Shown in pieces: positions 26,468-36,032 of a DNA stretch of 64,000 bases. The notes under the pieces are model-generated. The model was not told the origin of the DNA. It searched no databases and saw nothing but the letters and a program-made list of their open reading frames with translations. The stretch comes from a virus. The number at the start of each line of letters is the position of its first letter. Position 1 is the first letter of the stretch. The translations under genes and the position numbers were made by a program. The stretch is taken from IMG/VR virus record IMGVR_UViG_3300035703_000011; one strand, written 5' to 3'.

Positions 26468-28514
26468 TTTTTTCTGAGCAATAAATTACTGTTTTAACAT
26501 TATCCACATTCTTTTCAATTAAAGTTAATTGATCTAACTTCTTAAAAGATAAAACTGGTAAAAGGTCAGCACCCTCTCCAGATGAACTATTTATTTGAAG
26601 ATTTGGATAAGTATTAATGGAAGATCCTGAATTTATAACCTTAATATCAATGATTCTACCATCATCATCAACAACAGGATTGGCAAGGAAATTATTAGGA
26701 CAAGTAGAATCAGTTATAGAATCAGAAGAAGAATATCCTATGCCAGTATTAATTATGATAACTTTGGAAATTGATGAAGAAACTTCTGTTCCAGTTTCAG
26801 TTGATGGTTTTATAAAACATGGCGATGTTTCATTTTCATTTATTGGTCCAAGATAGTTATTTCCTGGATTGGTGACAACTATATTAGTTACCTCTCCTTG
26901 ATTTGAAATTTCTGCATATGCAGATGCACCTCCACCAAATCCACATGTATCAGTAATACTAACATAAGGGGGGGTGGTATATGAACTGCCTCTATTAGTA
27001 ATTAAGGCACCCATAATTTGACCAACTGAATTTACAACTGCCTCTGCATTTGCACCAAGTCCATTACCTCCAAATAATGTTATTCTTGGGAATCCACATT
27101 CAAAAACATTTGTATTACAAGAACCAAAATCTCCTCCAGTAGAATTGGTTGATATTCCAACCTGAGATAACCAATTATTAGTAACTGTCTTGGCATCTTT
27201 TGCTAAATTATTAGCACTGACAGTTAAAGAATAATTTAAAATTCTATCTAAATTTTGGTTAGATGGGTTAACAAATCCTTTATTCATTTCATAATCAAAG
27301 TTTTCATAACACTGCTTATCTTCACATGATAATAAACTTAGGACAGATTTAGTTATTCCTAAAGCCTTTCCTATAAAATTAGTGATTGATCCAAAAGATC
27401 CCCCAATCAATTGTGTAATTTGACTAAGAGCAGGTCCAATTGCAGAATTGATTGCATTTGTAATTGTTCCTATAATATTTCCAAGAAAAGATTCTACTGC
27501 ACAAACTGCAACATTTAAGACCTTACCTACCATATCAGTAAGAAAATTGATAACAAAAGATACTAACTGAGATAAAATTTTCTCAAAGGCACATATTATA
27601 CTGTCTATAATAGACTCTACTGCTGTTCTTTTTGCAAGTTTTATAACAGGAGGTTCAATACTGATACCAAAAAACTTAGACAGCATTTCATAGATTTTAT
27701 CTATTATATCATTTCTAACTGTTCTTATAATTCCAATGAGTATATCAGAGATAACATTTGCTACTGAAGATATTTCACCTGTTATACTCACTACTTTGTT
27801 TAAAACTTTATTGATATATTGTCCATTTATAATTTCTATTGTATTGAGAAATTTAATAAAATTAATTAGTGCTTGTTGCAGTTTATTAAATTTCTTATTG
27901 CCATTCTCACAATAACTTGGAACATTAACCACATTACCTGTGTTGTTAGTTATTACATCTCCCTTAGATTCTATAACCTCATTTGGTTTAACTGATTCTC
28001 CTGGATTAGAAGATGCATTTACTTTACCATCTGATTTTGGAATTCCTCTCCCAGCAGGTCTGAAAGCTCCAATAGGTTGGACCATTTTATTGTTAGGGAA
28101 CCTACCAACAAAAGGTTTAAACTCAGAAGTGCCTTGTGTTAATACTTGGGAAAAAGATTTTCCTTGAGCAATTCCATATCCACTTTCATATAAACTTCCA
28201 ATTATTATTGGCTGTTGAGCATCATCACCATCAAGAAAAAATCCTAATACAATTTCACCACCTCTAAAATTTGGGTTTACGCCAGAGTATCCAGAACCAC
28301 TCCCCAATCCAAGAGGCATCACTACATGTGCCCAAGGTAAATTATCATCTTTAATTTGATTATCCCCTGGATGATGACCAAGTATTCTAACTTTGGCTCT
28401 ACATCCAAGTTTATTATCTTTGCCAGAATCAGATGCTACTATTTGCCCTATAAACCACTTAAATCCATCTCTTCCAGCAAAATTTGGATTAATTAAAGTT
28501 TGCTCTAACATCAT
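26457..28514 (-). CDS. baseplate central spike protein, gp5/VgrG-like OB-fold N-terminus, no lysozyme domain
   Basis: FKWFIGQIV...KVRILGHHP...LPWAHVVMPLG...GGEIVLGFFLDGDDAQQPIIIGSLY is the gp5 N-terminal OB pattern. The middle is hydrophobic and helical. The C-terminus has GxxY repeats (NRGSSYTTPPYVSI, NPGNNYLGP). Confidence 0.7.
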   Translation of the reverse strand: MMLEQTLINPNFAGRDGFKWFIGQIVASDSGKDNKLGCRAKVRILGHHPGDNQIKDDNLPWAHVVMPLGLGSGSGYSGVNPNFRGGEIVLGFFLDGDDAQQPIIIGSLYESGYGIAQGKSFSQVLTQGTSEFKPFVGRFPNNKMVQPIGAFRPAGRGIPKSDGKVNASSNPGESVKPNEVIESKGDVITNNTGNVVNVPSYCENGNKKFNKLQQALINFIKFLNTIEIINGQYINKVLNKVVSITGEISSVANVISDILIGIIRTVRNDIIDKIYEMLSKFFGISIEPPVIKLAKRTAVESIIDSIICAFEKILSQLVSFVINFLTDMVGKVLNVAVCAVESFLGNIIGTITNAINSAIGPALSQITQLIGGSFGSITNFIGKALGITKSVLSLLSCEDKQCYENFDYEMNKGFVNPSNQNLDRILNYSLTVSANNLAKDAKTVTNNWLSQVGISTNSTGGDFGSCNTNVFECGFPRITLFGGNGLGANAEAVVNSVGQIMGALITNRGSSYTTPPYVSITDTCGFGGGASAYAEISNQGEVTNIVVTNPGNNYLGPINENETSPCFIKPSTETGTEVSSSISKVIIINTGIGYSSSDSITDSTCPNNFLANPVVDDDGRIIDIKVINSGSSINTYPNLQINSSSGEGADLLPVLSFKKLDQLTLIEKNVDNVKTVIYCSEKNDI

Positions 28515-28702
28515 AGGTCATAAATCCTACACTCAGGAGCACTTGGATTTTCATTGCAAAAAATTTCAAGACAATTCAAATTTGATTTTTCTTTCTTTAA
28601 AAAGTCCAATTCACTTTCCAAATATCTTCTCCTTTGTTTAGTTATAACATTAGTATCTAACTCTTTTTCTATATCTTTAATCTTTTGATCTGTGTTCATC
28701 AT
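28511..28702 (-). CDS. small hypothetical protein (63 aa)
   Basis: ORF has 4-nt overlaps at both ends. Confidence 0.5.
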   Translation of the reverse strand: MMNTDQKIKDIEKELDTNVITKQRRRYLESELDFLKKEKSNLNCLEIFCNENPSAPECRIYDL

Positions 28703-30030
28703 AAATCTCCATATGAGTCCCTTACTAATTTTAATCCAGTATATCCTTGGTTTTGAGAGAATAAATGAGATAATTCTTTTATTAAATATAATCCTGATTT
28801 TAAATTATCCTTTGTGCCTTGGTCAGAATCATTTTTAGTAATTTTCCCAAAGTTTAATTCTATCACATCACCAACAGTAAGATTTAAATTTAATGGTATA
28901 GTTATATTTAACATCTGAGTAAATGCTAAATTATATCTAGTAACTGATTGTGACTGATACTTAACCCTATCATCATTCTTAGTTTCAGGATCAATGCTAT
29001 TTGGAACTTTTACTAAACTATCAATAACCTTTACCATAATTCTAGAAGGAGAATCCTCCAACCCCTTTGGTATTTTTGGTTTCTCAGTCTTACTAGAAGA
29101 ATGTTTCATGATATCATAACTTTCTGTCAATTTATATTCATAAAAACTTGGTTGTCTAGTATTAATGTCATAAAAATAATTAACACTAGAGTACATACCT
29201 ATTCTCAAATTTTCAATAATGTTTACATTCTTCTCAAAAACAGGCATTGAAATAATTTTAAAATTTGATAGTTGATCAGCAGGAGTAGATATTGTATTGG
29301 TATAATAAAATTTTTGAATAGACTTAGAATCTCCACTCTGCTCTTTTAACTTGCCCATCAAATTATCTACACTCTTAAAATTATATCCATTTTTATTTTG
29401 ATAAAATAAAAATCCTGCTGTCCCAAAAGTATTACCAGATTTTCCTATATTTGGTATTGATTTGGGACACAACCATGTCAATGTTGTAAAAGGTTTTTTA
29501 GAATTGCCATAAAATGAATAAGAATTTAATGTAGGTTCTGTGCTAACAGGTCTATTAGATCTTAAGACATCTTTAATAATTTGACTTACTGATTTGTTTA
29601 TTGGTTGCTCTCCACTTTCAGGATATCTTTTAAAAACTCTTGTGGTCTCATTTGTAAAGACTTCTACTGGTGCAAGTTCTAAAGAAAAAACTTCTCTAGT
29701 AGATTCTGAAGTAGATCCATGAACTTTATAAATGTAATACTCATTCTTGTCTTCTTCTAATTTAATAGAATTTTTGGTTGCTGGTTGTTCTATAATTAAT
29801 CTAACTCTTTCTCCCCCCTTCAAACCAGGGCTCATAGACTTGTCTTCATTGGTCAGTGAAGTCAATATGCCATCAGTGTTAACCAAAGAGACTGAAATAA
29901 AAATGGCAGGAGAAAATAAATCTTCAAAATATTGAACTGAAGAGATGCACTGAGTCACATCTATGATTGATGTTCCATCCCATGATTCTATCAAAAATTC
30001 TTTTATTTTGTAATTAAAATATGATTCCAT
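28699..30030 (-). CDS. baseplate hub protein (gp27-like by position)
   Basis: 443-aa ORF between the tape-measure-like genes and the spike gene, which is the canonical TMP-hub-spike order. No diagnostic motif recognised. Confidence 0.5.
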   Translation of the reverse strand: MESYFNYKIKEFLIESWDGTSIIDVTQCISSVQYFEDLFSPAIFISVSLVNTDGILTSLTNEDKSMSPGLKGGERVRLIIEQPATKNSIKLEEDKNEYYIYKVHGSTSESTREVFSLELAPVEVFTNETTRVFKRYPESGEQPINKSVSQIIKDVLRSNRPVSTEPTLNSYSFYGNSKKPFTTLTWLCPKSIPNIGKSGNTFGTAGFLFYQNKNGYNFKSVDNLMGKLKEQSGDSKSIQKFYYTNTISTPADQLSNFKIISMPVFEKNVNIIENLRIGMYSSVNYFYDINTRQPSFYEYKLTESYDIMKHSSSKTEKPKIPKGLEDSPSRIMVKVIDSLVKVPNSIDPETKNDDRVKYQSQSVTRYNLAFTQMLNITIPLNLNLTVGDVIELNFGKITKNDSDQGTKDNLKSGLYLIKELSHLFSQNQGYTGLKLVRDSYGDL

Positions 30031-31853
30031 TATCCTAACTGTGATAACATTATTTTTTTGACAAGAGAGTTTTCAGTCTTAGTATTATTTAAGATTATTG
30101 TAGATCCTGAAGGCATTTGAGTAGAGGGTTGGGGTAGAGTGGATATAATTGGCACAAAAACTATTTTTTCTTCTGGATCATTGTAAGAAGGATATAGTGC
30201 TATATTTCTAGATTTTTGAACACTATCATAATTAAATGACTGAGGTTGTTCAAATTGTGGTGGTTCTGATTGTCTAGGATCTGGATTAACTTCCCCCTTT
30301 ATTTGCTGAGGATTTATTTTATCTGATCTTTTTTGTTGTTCTTGTTTTTTTGTAGGAATATTTTTATTTTTTTGCTTTTCTTTTTCAAAAAATTCATTCA
30401 AATATTTCCTAACTCTTCTAGATCCATTATAGTGTCTTTCATCAATTGGACCACTAGCACCCCATTGATACCCAGGAACATCAAATGCAAGACCAGAATA
30501 ATGAGATGACCCAGGTGTGTGCCCACCAACAGGATCAAATCCTTGAAATTCAGTGACATCAATTCCTTTAGACTCTAAGTATTTGTAAGCTCTAATAGCA
30601 AGTTCTCTATCTTTAAAAGCTACATGGTCATGATAATTGGCAGAGGTTCCATGAGATTCATCATATGCAGGACTTTTTGGATCTCCTGTTAAATATTGAG
30701 AAGTATATTGTGTAAATTCATATCCAGGTTCTTCTATGTAATCTTGATCTCCTATTAAATTTTCTACATTAGATGCTCTTCTCTGATCTTCTTCCTTACT
30801 GGTGCCACCAGAAATTGGTTTAAATATCTGAGAAAACTCTTCAAATTTTTTAACAACTTTTTCATATCTATTCAAAGTTTTCTTGAATGTTAATTCATTT
30901 TTACTCTCTGCATTTTTTTGCAGAGAGTCTTTCTGTTTCTTAGTTTGCTCTTGCAATCTTTCTTCTATTTTAGGTTTATTTTTTTGTGCCTCTTTTTCAC
31001 TTGCTCCACTAAGATCTCTGACTAAATTAACAACATCTAGTCCAAAAGAAGCTATAGATAAAAGACCTGCCACAGGCAATCCAATTCCAGTTGCTGCAGA
31101 GGCAGCAGCAAGAGCATCTAATGATGCTGAAGTTCCTGCTATTGCTGCTCCAGTAGTATCACCTTCCTGTGCTCTCATAGTTGCATCAACTGCACCAAGT
31201 GCTGCTCCTGCAATTGGAACTATTGACTTTCCAAATCTTCCAAATGCTTTTCCAACCCTAGAAAATCCTCCAACATCACCAGTTATTTTAGGTTTTTTTC
31301 TGAATGGATTTCTAAAATCTCCACTTTTGGTAACTTTAGGACTTCTTCTCAATGAATTTTCAAACCCAGGTGTCTTAGATCCTCCCTTAAAGGGACTACT
31401 TGCTCCCTTCCCAACTCCAAGACCAAGTAAAGATGAACCAGCAAAAATTCCAGTGGCTAGTAATCCAGGACCAAGGGCACCTAATAAATCACCCTTACTC
31501 CCCTTCTCAAATGAATTTAGAGCTGCCAGTGCTGCTAATTGTGTTGCAATGTCTCCAGATCCAGAAAAGAAAGTTCCTGCAAATTTTTTAATATTTATTT
31601 TTGAGGGTTCTTTAGATTTTCTGGAATATTGTCTTTTTTCTTTTTGTTTGTTTATAGAGTCTAATCTTCTTTTGTACCTATCAAGAACTGTTAATCTAGT
31701 TTTTTTCTGATAAGTTCCAGTTTCAAAAATCTTTCTCAATTTCAAAGAAGATTTTTTAGCTTCAGTAGAAACTTTAGATAAGCTGCTAAATTTATAAACT
31801 TTAGCCTCTATGGTTGGTGTCTTTGGTTTATTGAGAAGAAGTTCTGAGTTCAT
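30030..31853 (-). CDS. tape-measure-like/ejected protein with C-terminal peptidase M15A-like (LAS) cell-wall hydrolase domain
   Basis: Gly/Ala-rich membrane-like core (GPGLLATGIFAGSSLLGLGVG...). GFDPVGGHTPGSSHYSGLAFDV matches the GG...SxHxxGxAxD motif. The N-terminal third is paralogous to the 524-aa ORF. Confidence 0.65.
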   Translation of the reverse strand: MNSELLLNKPKTPTIEAKVYKFSSLSKVSTEAKKSSLKLRKIFETGTYQKKTRLTVLDRYKRRLDSINKQKEKRQYSRKSKEPSKINIKKFAGTFFSGSGDIATQLAALAALNSFEKGSKGDLLGALGPGLLATGIFAGSSLLGLGVGKGASSPFKGGSKTPGFENSLRRSPKVTKSGDFRNPFRKKPKITGDVGGFSRVGKAFGRFGKSIVPIAGAALGAVDATMRAQEGDTTGAAIAGTSASLDALAAASAATGIGLPVAGLLSIASFGLDVVNLVRDLSGASEKEAQKNKPKIEERLQEQTKKQKDSLQKNAESKNELTFKKTLNRYEKVVKKFEEFSQIFKPISGGTSKEEDQRRASNVENLIGDQDYIEEPGYEFTQYTSQYLTGDPKSPAYDESHGTSANYHDHVAFKDRELAIRAYKYLESKGIDVTEFQGFDPVGGHTPGSSHYSGLAFDVPGYQWGASGPIDERHYNGSRRVRKYLNEFFEKEKQKNKNIPTKKQEQQKRSDKINPQQIKGEVNPDPRQSEPPQFEQPQSFNYDSVQKSRNIALYPSYNDPEEKIVFVPIISTLPQPSTQMPSGSTIILNNTKTENSLVKKIMLSQLG

Positions 31854-31856
31854 TTA

Positions 31857-33431
31857 TCAAACTATCTGGTAAGTTAATTTTGAATATAATGTAAAAATAT
31901 TATCAGAATATGATGTTTCAAATGAAGGAACCACATCATTCTCTGTCACTGTTGATGTAGATGTGGGTCTGCTTGATGTGGGTGTAACAGTAGGAGGAAG
32001 AACTGGAGATGGTTTTTGTCTTGGTGGAGGTAACTGTCTAGGGGGAGTAGATCTAGGGGATACAGTTGATGGAGTAACATTTTGTTGATTTGCTCTTTCA
32101 GAACTTTTTACAACTTCTATTGTTGCATTTTTAAGAACCCCTGAACTTATTCCTCCGATAGATCTCATTGCTCCTTCACTTAAATCCAAAGATCTATTGT
32201 CTACAAATGGTCCTCTATCTGTAACTTTTACAACAACTGATTTTCCAGTATCATTATTAGTCACTCTAAGTAAAGTTCCAAAAGGAAGAGTTCTATGAGC
32301 AGCTGTCATTTCCTCTGGATTGAATACTGTACCACTAGCTGTTCTTCTTCCAGCAAATCCAGGTCCATAATAACTAATACCACCCCCAACATCAACAGAA
32401 CTTCCAGTAGGAACTACATTTTGTGGTGTGGGAGTTGTTGGTGTTGGTGAAGGGCCACCCCCACCTGAAGAAGAAATGGAGATTTTTTGATCTTCATCCT
32501 TCTGCCTCTTAATTAAAAAATCTAATGCCTCTTCAAATTTTTTATTTAATTTTTCAAACCTCTTTAAATCATCTTGAGGTATTGGAACTAAATTACTTGG
32601 ATCTGTTAATCCCTTTTGCTCCTCTGTCAATGATCTCAATCTTTGTTGCTGATCATCTTCATCAGATCCTCCACCAAAAATGCCACTGCCTAATGCAAGA
32701 CCCCCTCCAATTAAAGCAGCAGGGGCTGCAAATTTTTTAAGTCTGGACATTGAACCAATGCCTCTAGGACTCATTGGAGATTTAGATGCAGATTGAATAT
32801 TCCTAGACCCAAATAATTTTTTAGTTAACCCCTTTGCTATTCCTGCTCCTATACCAGCTCCTATAGCAGGCAAATAAGTGACACCAATTCCAAGTAAAGC
32901 AGATAAAGCTTTACCAAAATCTTGCTCTAAAATAGCATTGAATAAATTTAATGCTGCAAGTGATCTTATTCCTCCTCCAACACCACTAAAAAATGATCCT
33001 GCATATTTCTTTACTATGCCAGTCAGATCTTCCTTCTTATCTCCAAGTTCTTTCTTTCCAACAATTCTACCCCTATTAGCAATTCTCTTTCTATATTCTT
33101 CAACTTCCTTTTTATTCTGCTCTTTTGAATTTTTATAATCTTGTTCTATGACCTCTCTAATTTTATCTAAATTATCTGTAATATTCACTAAGTCTAAAAC
33201 AACTCTTCCAATTACAGAAACATCTTTTCTGGAAGATGAAATTGAATTATCTTCAGGTTCAGAATTTGTTTTTTGGAAAATTTGTTGAGGGAAAGCTCTT
33301 TTAGGAATTATCCTAGAGATGGAAGTAACTCTAGGCATGGTAAATGAACTAAATCCAAATCTGGACTTACTGCTTCCAGCAATAAATTTAGAAGTCTTTT
33401 GCTTTAGATAATTAAATCCTTCTGAAATCAT
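31857..33431 (-). CDS. tape-measure-like/ejected protein with RlpA-like double-psi beta-barrel (lytic transglycosylase-type) domain
   Basis: ISYYGPGFAGRRTASGTVFNPEEMTAAHRTLPFGTLLRVTNNDTGKSVVVKVTDRGPFVDNRSLDLSEGA is the DPBB_1/RlpA pattern. KKYAGSFFSGVGGGIRSLAALNLFN parallels KKFAGTFFSGSGDIATQLAALAALN in the next ORF. Confidence 0.75.
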   Translation of the reverse strand: MISEGFNYLKQKTSKFIAGSSKSRFGFSSFTMPRVTSISRIIPKRAFPQQIFQKTNSEPEDNSISSSRKDVSVIGRVVLDLVNITDNLDKIREVIEQDYKNSKEQNKKEVEEYRKRIANRGRIVGKKELGDKKEDLTGIVKKYAGSFFSGVGGGIRSLAALNLFNAILEQDFGKALSALLGIGVTYLPAIGAGIGAGIAKGLTKKLFGSRNIQSASKSPMSPRGIGSMSRLKKFAAPAALIGGGLALGSGIFGGGSDEDDQQQRLRSLTEEQKGLTDPSNLVPIPQDDLKRFEKLNKKFEEALDFLIKRQKDEDQKISISSSGGGGPSPTPTTPTPQNVVPTGSSVDVGGGISYYGPGFAGRRTASGTVFNPEEMTAAHRTLPFGTLLRVTNNDTGKSVVVKVTDRGPFVDNRSLDLSEGAMRSIGGISSGVLKNATIEVVKSSERANQQNVTPSTVSPRSTPPRQLPPPRQKPSPVLPPTVTPTSSRPTSTSTVTENDVVPSFETSYSDNIFTLYSKLTYQIV

Positions 33432-33607
33432 TTATTTGCTCTTTGTGATTTTTCTTCTTCCTCTCTAATATGATTCTCAAGAAGTGTTAGATAGATTTCT
33501 CTTTCCCAGGGAATCATGTTTTCAATTTCAGTCAAAGAGTATTTATGATACTGAAGTAGTGCAAAATTTACTCTAAAATAATTTTCCAAACTTTCATGAC
33601 CAATCAT
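33428..33607 (-). CDS. small protein (59 aa; just below ORF-track cutoff), translationally coupled at both ends
   Basis: MIGHESLENYFRVNFALLQYHKYSLTEIENMIPWEREIYLTLLENHIREEEEKSQRANK*. The start overlaps the upstream TGA (TGATG) and the stop overlaps the downstream ATG (ATGA). Confidence 0.55.
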   Translation of the reverse strand: MIGHESLENYFRVNFALLQYHKYSLTEIENMIPWEREIYLTLLENHIREEEEKSQRANK

Positions 33608-34338
33608 CAGCCGAAAAAACTTGAAAGACCCTCCAATACTATTTCACTCTCAACTTTAGTTTTTGGATTTAAAATTTTAACAGTATGAGAAATCTTTGGC
33701 ATAGTGTCAAAGAAATTTTCAATAGATTTAAATTGATTTGAATCAAAAGTTTGAAGCCAAGTAACCAATTCTTCCTTTGTGACATCAGAAGAAGACCAAG
33801 ATTCATCCTTGGTATAAACCATATCTACACAAGATGCAACTACTTCAAAAGATTTATTGATAACTTCTTTGCTAGTATTTTGGGTAGAAATGTTAAAGTT
33901 GTTATCTATAAATTCTTGTAGTGATGGATACTTCATTTTAATGGTGATATTATCATCCACCTTAATTTCGGAAGTATGACCTTCAGGAATAACAACACCA
34001 ATTTCATCTATATTAACTTTAATTTCAACTTTAGTCTCATCATCATCAGGACATATAACAATTAAATCTACAGTCTCTCCTACAGATTTTGCTCTAATAT
34101 TTAAAAACAAATATTCTATATCAAAGCTTGGGAGATTTTCTACTTTAATGCCCCTAGTCAAAATACAATCTTTAAGAGTATTTTTTACTGCTTCTGTTAT
34201 CTCTTTAGTATTCTCTCCTTCCATAGCAAGGATGAGAATTTTTTCTTCTCTCACAAGAAAGGGTCTATATTTAATTACTTTTTTATTTGATGGTAAAATC
34301 AACTCATATGTTGGAGTTGCAACTTTTGGTAAAGGCAT
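33607..34338 (-). CDS. baseplate/tail assembly protein (243 aa)
   Basis: ORF behind a late-promoter-like box in the hub module. No diagnostic motif recognised. Confidence 0.6.
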   Translation of the reverse strand: MPLPKVATPTYELILPSNKKVIKYRPFLVREEKILILAMEGENTKEITEAVKNTLKDCILTRGIKVENLPSFDIEYLFLNIRAKSVGETVDLIVICPDDDETKVEIKVNIDEIGVVIPEGHTSEIKVDDNITIKMKYPSLQEFIDNNFNISTQNTSKEVINKSFEVVASCVDMVYTKDESWSSSDVTKEELVTWLQTFDSNQFKSIENFFDTMPKISHTVKILNPKTKVESEIVLEGLSSFFG

Positions 34339-34363
34339 TTTAAATATTAAAATCAGTTAGAGT

Positions 34364-34371
34364 TATTTATG
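34364..34371 (-). promoter_or_regulatory. late promoter-like box (CATAAATA)
   Basis: Reverse complement of tatttatg, 25 nt upstream of the ATG at 34338. Confidence 0.4.
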
Positions 34372-35035
34372 TTCCCTGGACTGGGGTTATTAATCTTCCT
34401 TTATGAGTATGATAAACATATCTATCATAATTAAAAGTAATAGTGGTTCTTAAAATACTTGATTGTTCATAGGACACAGGTATAGAAATTATATTAATTG
34501 GATAAGCATTAAGTAATGTATATGTAGTGGATTTAGGGTCATTAATGATTCCTTCAGAAGATCCTTTAGATAACCTTTGTGCTGAAGGTCTCATATCACG
34601 TTCATATTTTATAATATTAATATCACATTCATATACTTCAGGGTAGTTAAATTTAATAAAAGATCCTTTATCAATAGACCTTCCTTGGAGTGGTGCAATT
34701 TTTTCAATCCAAGACTCAAAAAACTTAATGGTATCATATGATCTTCTAATATAAAAACTAACATCCACCTGAGGGTAAACTCTTTTTATTGGATATTGTT
34801 CTACTATTCCCTGAACATCTCCAGAAACTTGAGCCAGTTCCAAAGAAGTTCCTGGAAGAACTGCTTCATATGCTAAGAGAAAAATAGATTCATCTCCTTT
34901 AATTGGTGGTTTTTTTATATCAATGGCAAAACAGGATGAAATGGATAAATCTATTAAACTCATTACATCATTAGTTGACTTGAGCCAAAGACCCTCATTA
35001 ATGTAGATACTATTATTAGGGGTATTAATTGCCAT
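34367..35035 (-). CDS. baseplate hub / tail-tube-initiator-class protein (222 aa; gp26/gp54 class, uncertain)
   Basis: First gene of the hub operon, with a tube-protein-like pattern (LPGTSLE...YPIKRVYPQVDVSFYI...FNYDRYVY). Assignment rests on position and weak motif similarity only. Confidence 0.45.
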   Translation of the reverse strand: MAINTPNNSIYINEGLWLKSTNDVMSLIDLSISSCFAIDIKKPPIKGDESIFLLAYEAVLPGTSLELAQVSGDVQGIVEQYPIKRVYPQVDVSFYIRRSYDTIKFFESWIEKIAPLQGRSIDKGSFIKFNYPEVYECDINIIKYERDMRPSAQRLSKGSSEGIINDPKSTTYTLLNAYPINIISIPVSYEQSSILRTTITFNYDRYVYHTHKGRLITPVQGT

Positions 35036-35042
35036 CTAAATA
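35035..35042 (+). promoter_or_regulatory. possible late promoter variant (TCTAAATA)
   Basis: One mismatch from TATAAATA, 24 nt upstream of the ATG at 35067. Confidence 0.25.
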
Positions 35043-35066
35043 CTTTGAAGTGCCTATATTATATGT

Positions 35067-35501
35067 ATGAGTTATAAAGGTGTCTATAAACCATCAAACC
35101 CCAAAAAATATATTGGAGATCCAAAAAATATCATTTATAGATCTTTGTGGGAAAGAAAATTTATGGTTTGGTGTGACCTAAATGAAAATATTATAAAATG
35201 GTCTAGTGAAGAAATTTGGATTCCATATATATCTCCATTAGACAATAGATGCCACAAATACTTTCCTGACTTTTACATAAAATATAAAGATGCTGAAGGA
35301 ATTATTAAAGAAAGTTTGATTGAAGTAAAACCAAAAAGACAAGTTGAAGGTCCTAAACCACAAAAGAGGATGACTCAAAAACAAATGTATGAGTTAAAAG
35401 AGTTTGCTAAAAATCAAGCAAAGTGGAAAGCTGCAAAAGAGTTTTGTGAGGATAGAAGATGGAACTTTCAAATATTAACGGAGGATAATCTTGGCATATA
35501 A
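35067..35501 (+). CDS. gp4: head completion protein, T4 gp4-like
   Basis: YKGVYKPSNPKKYIGDPKNIIYRSLWERKFMVWCDLNENIIKWSSEEIWIPY...HKYFPDFYIKYKD...LIEVKPKRQ follows the gp4/gp50 family pattern as I recall it. Confidence 0.6.
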   Translation: MSYKGVYKPSNPKKYIGDPKNIIYRSLWERKFMVWCDLNENIIKWSSEEIWIPYISPLDNRCHKYFPDFYIKYKDAEGIIKESLIEVKPKRQVEGPKPQKRMTQKQMYELKEFAKNQAKWKAAKEFCEDRRWNFQILTEDNLGI

Positions 35502-36030
35502 AACTATCTTCGAGCAGATAAAAGAAAATTCTGGGGAAAGGAATCAATCAAGAGAATGGTACAGAGAACAATTGTTTGAGAGATCCCCAGAAGATATTAT
35601 AACAGAGGAGAGGTCTGATGAAGTTGGTGATGTATTAAAAAGAGACCAAAATAGAAGTACATCATTTCCTCTATTATTTAATTTAATGTTCTACAAATAT
35701 AGAGCAAAGACAAGAAGAGATCTTCCTTATTATGATAAGTATCCATTAGCATTTGTTTTAGAAATGGATGCAAGATCTTTTTTTGCTGTCAATCTTCATT
35801 ACTACAGTCCTAAGGAAAGACTGGGAATAGTAATGAGTCTGGCAGAAGATAGAATACCAAAGTTTCGTAAAGGAGCACATAAATACTTATTATCAGAGGT
35901 AAGAAGTCCTTATCTAATCTTAGCACAGCAAGAATGGCAAACCATGTGTCTACTACCAGTAGAAGAATTTGTAAGGGATTTGGGTGGGGTAGAAATACCT
36001 ATTCCTTCAGAAAAAGTGTGGGGTAGATAG
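35491..36030 (+). CDS. DNA end protector gp2-like protein (TTG start)
   Basis: There is no in-frame ATG before residue 66. The TTG at 35491 lies 6 nt after GGAGG (35480-35484). YKYRAKTRRDLPYYDKYPLAFVLEMD...FFAVNLHYYSPKERL resembles the gp2 core motif. Confidence 0.45.
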   Translation: MAYKTIFEQIKENSGERNQSREWYREQLFERSPEDIITEERSDEVGDVLKRDQNRSTSFPLLFNLMFYKYRAKTRRDLPYYDKYPLAFVLEMDARSFFAVNLHYYSPKERLGIVMSLAEDRIPKFRKGAHKYLLSEVRSPYLILAQQEWQTMCLLPVEEFVRDLGGVEIPIPSEKVWGR

Positions 36031-36032
36031 AT

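Noticed and set aside
30883-31710. 275-aa plus-strand ORF.
   Set aside because: It is antisense to the Gly/Ala-rich core of the tape-measure-like gene. Its composition (A/P/S-rich) mirrors that region, and the surrounding operon is entirely on the minus strand.
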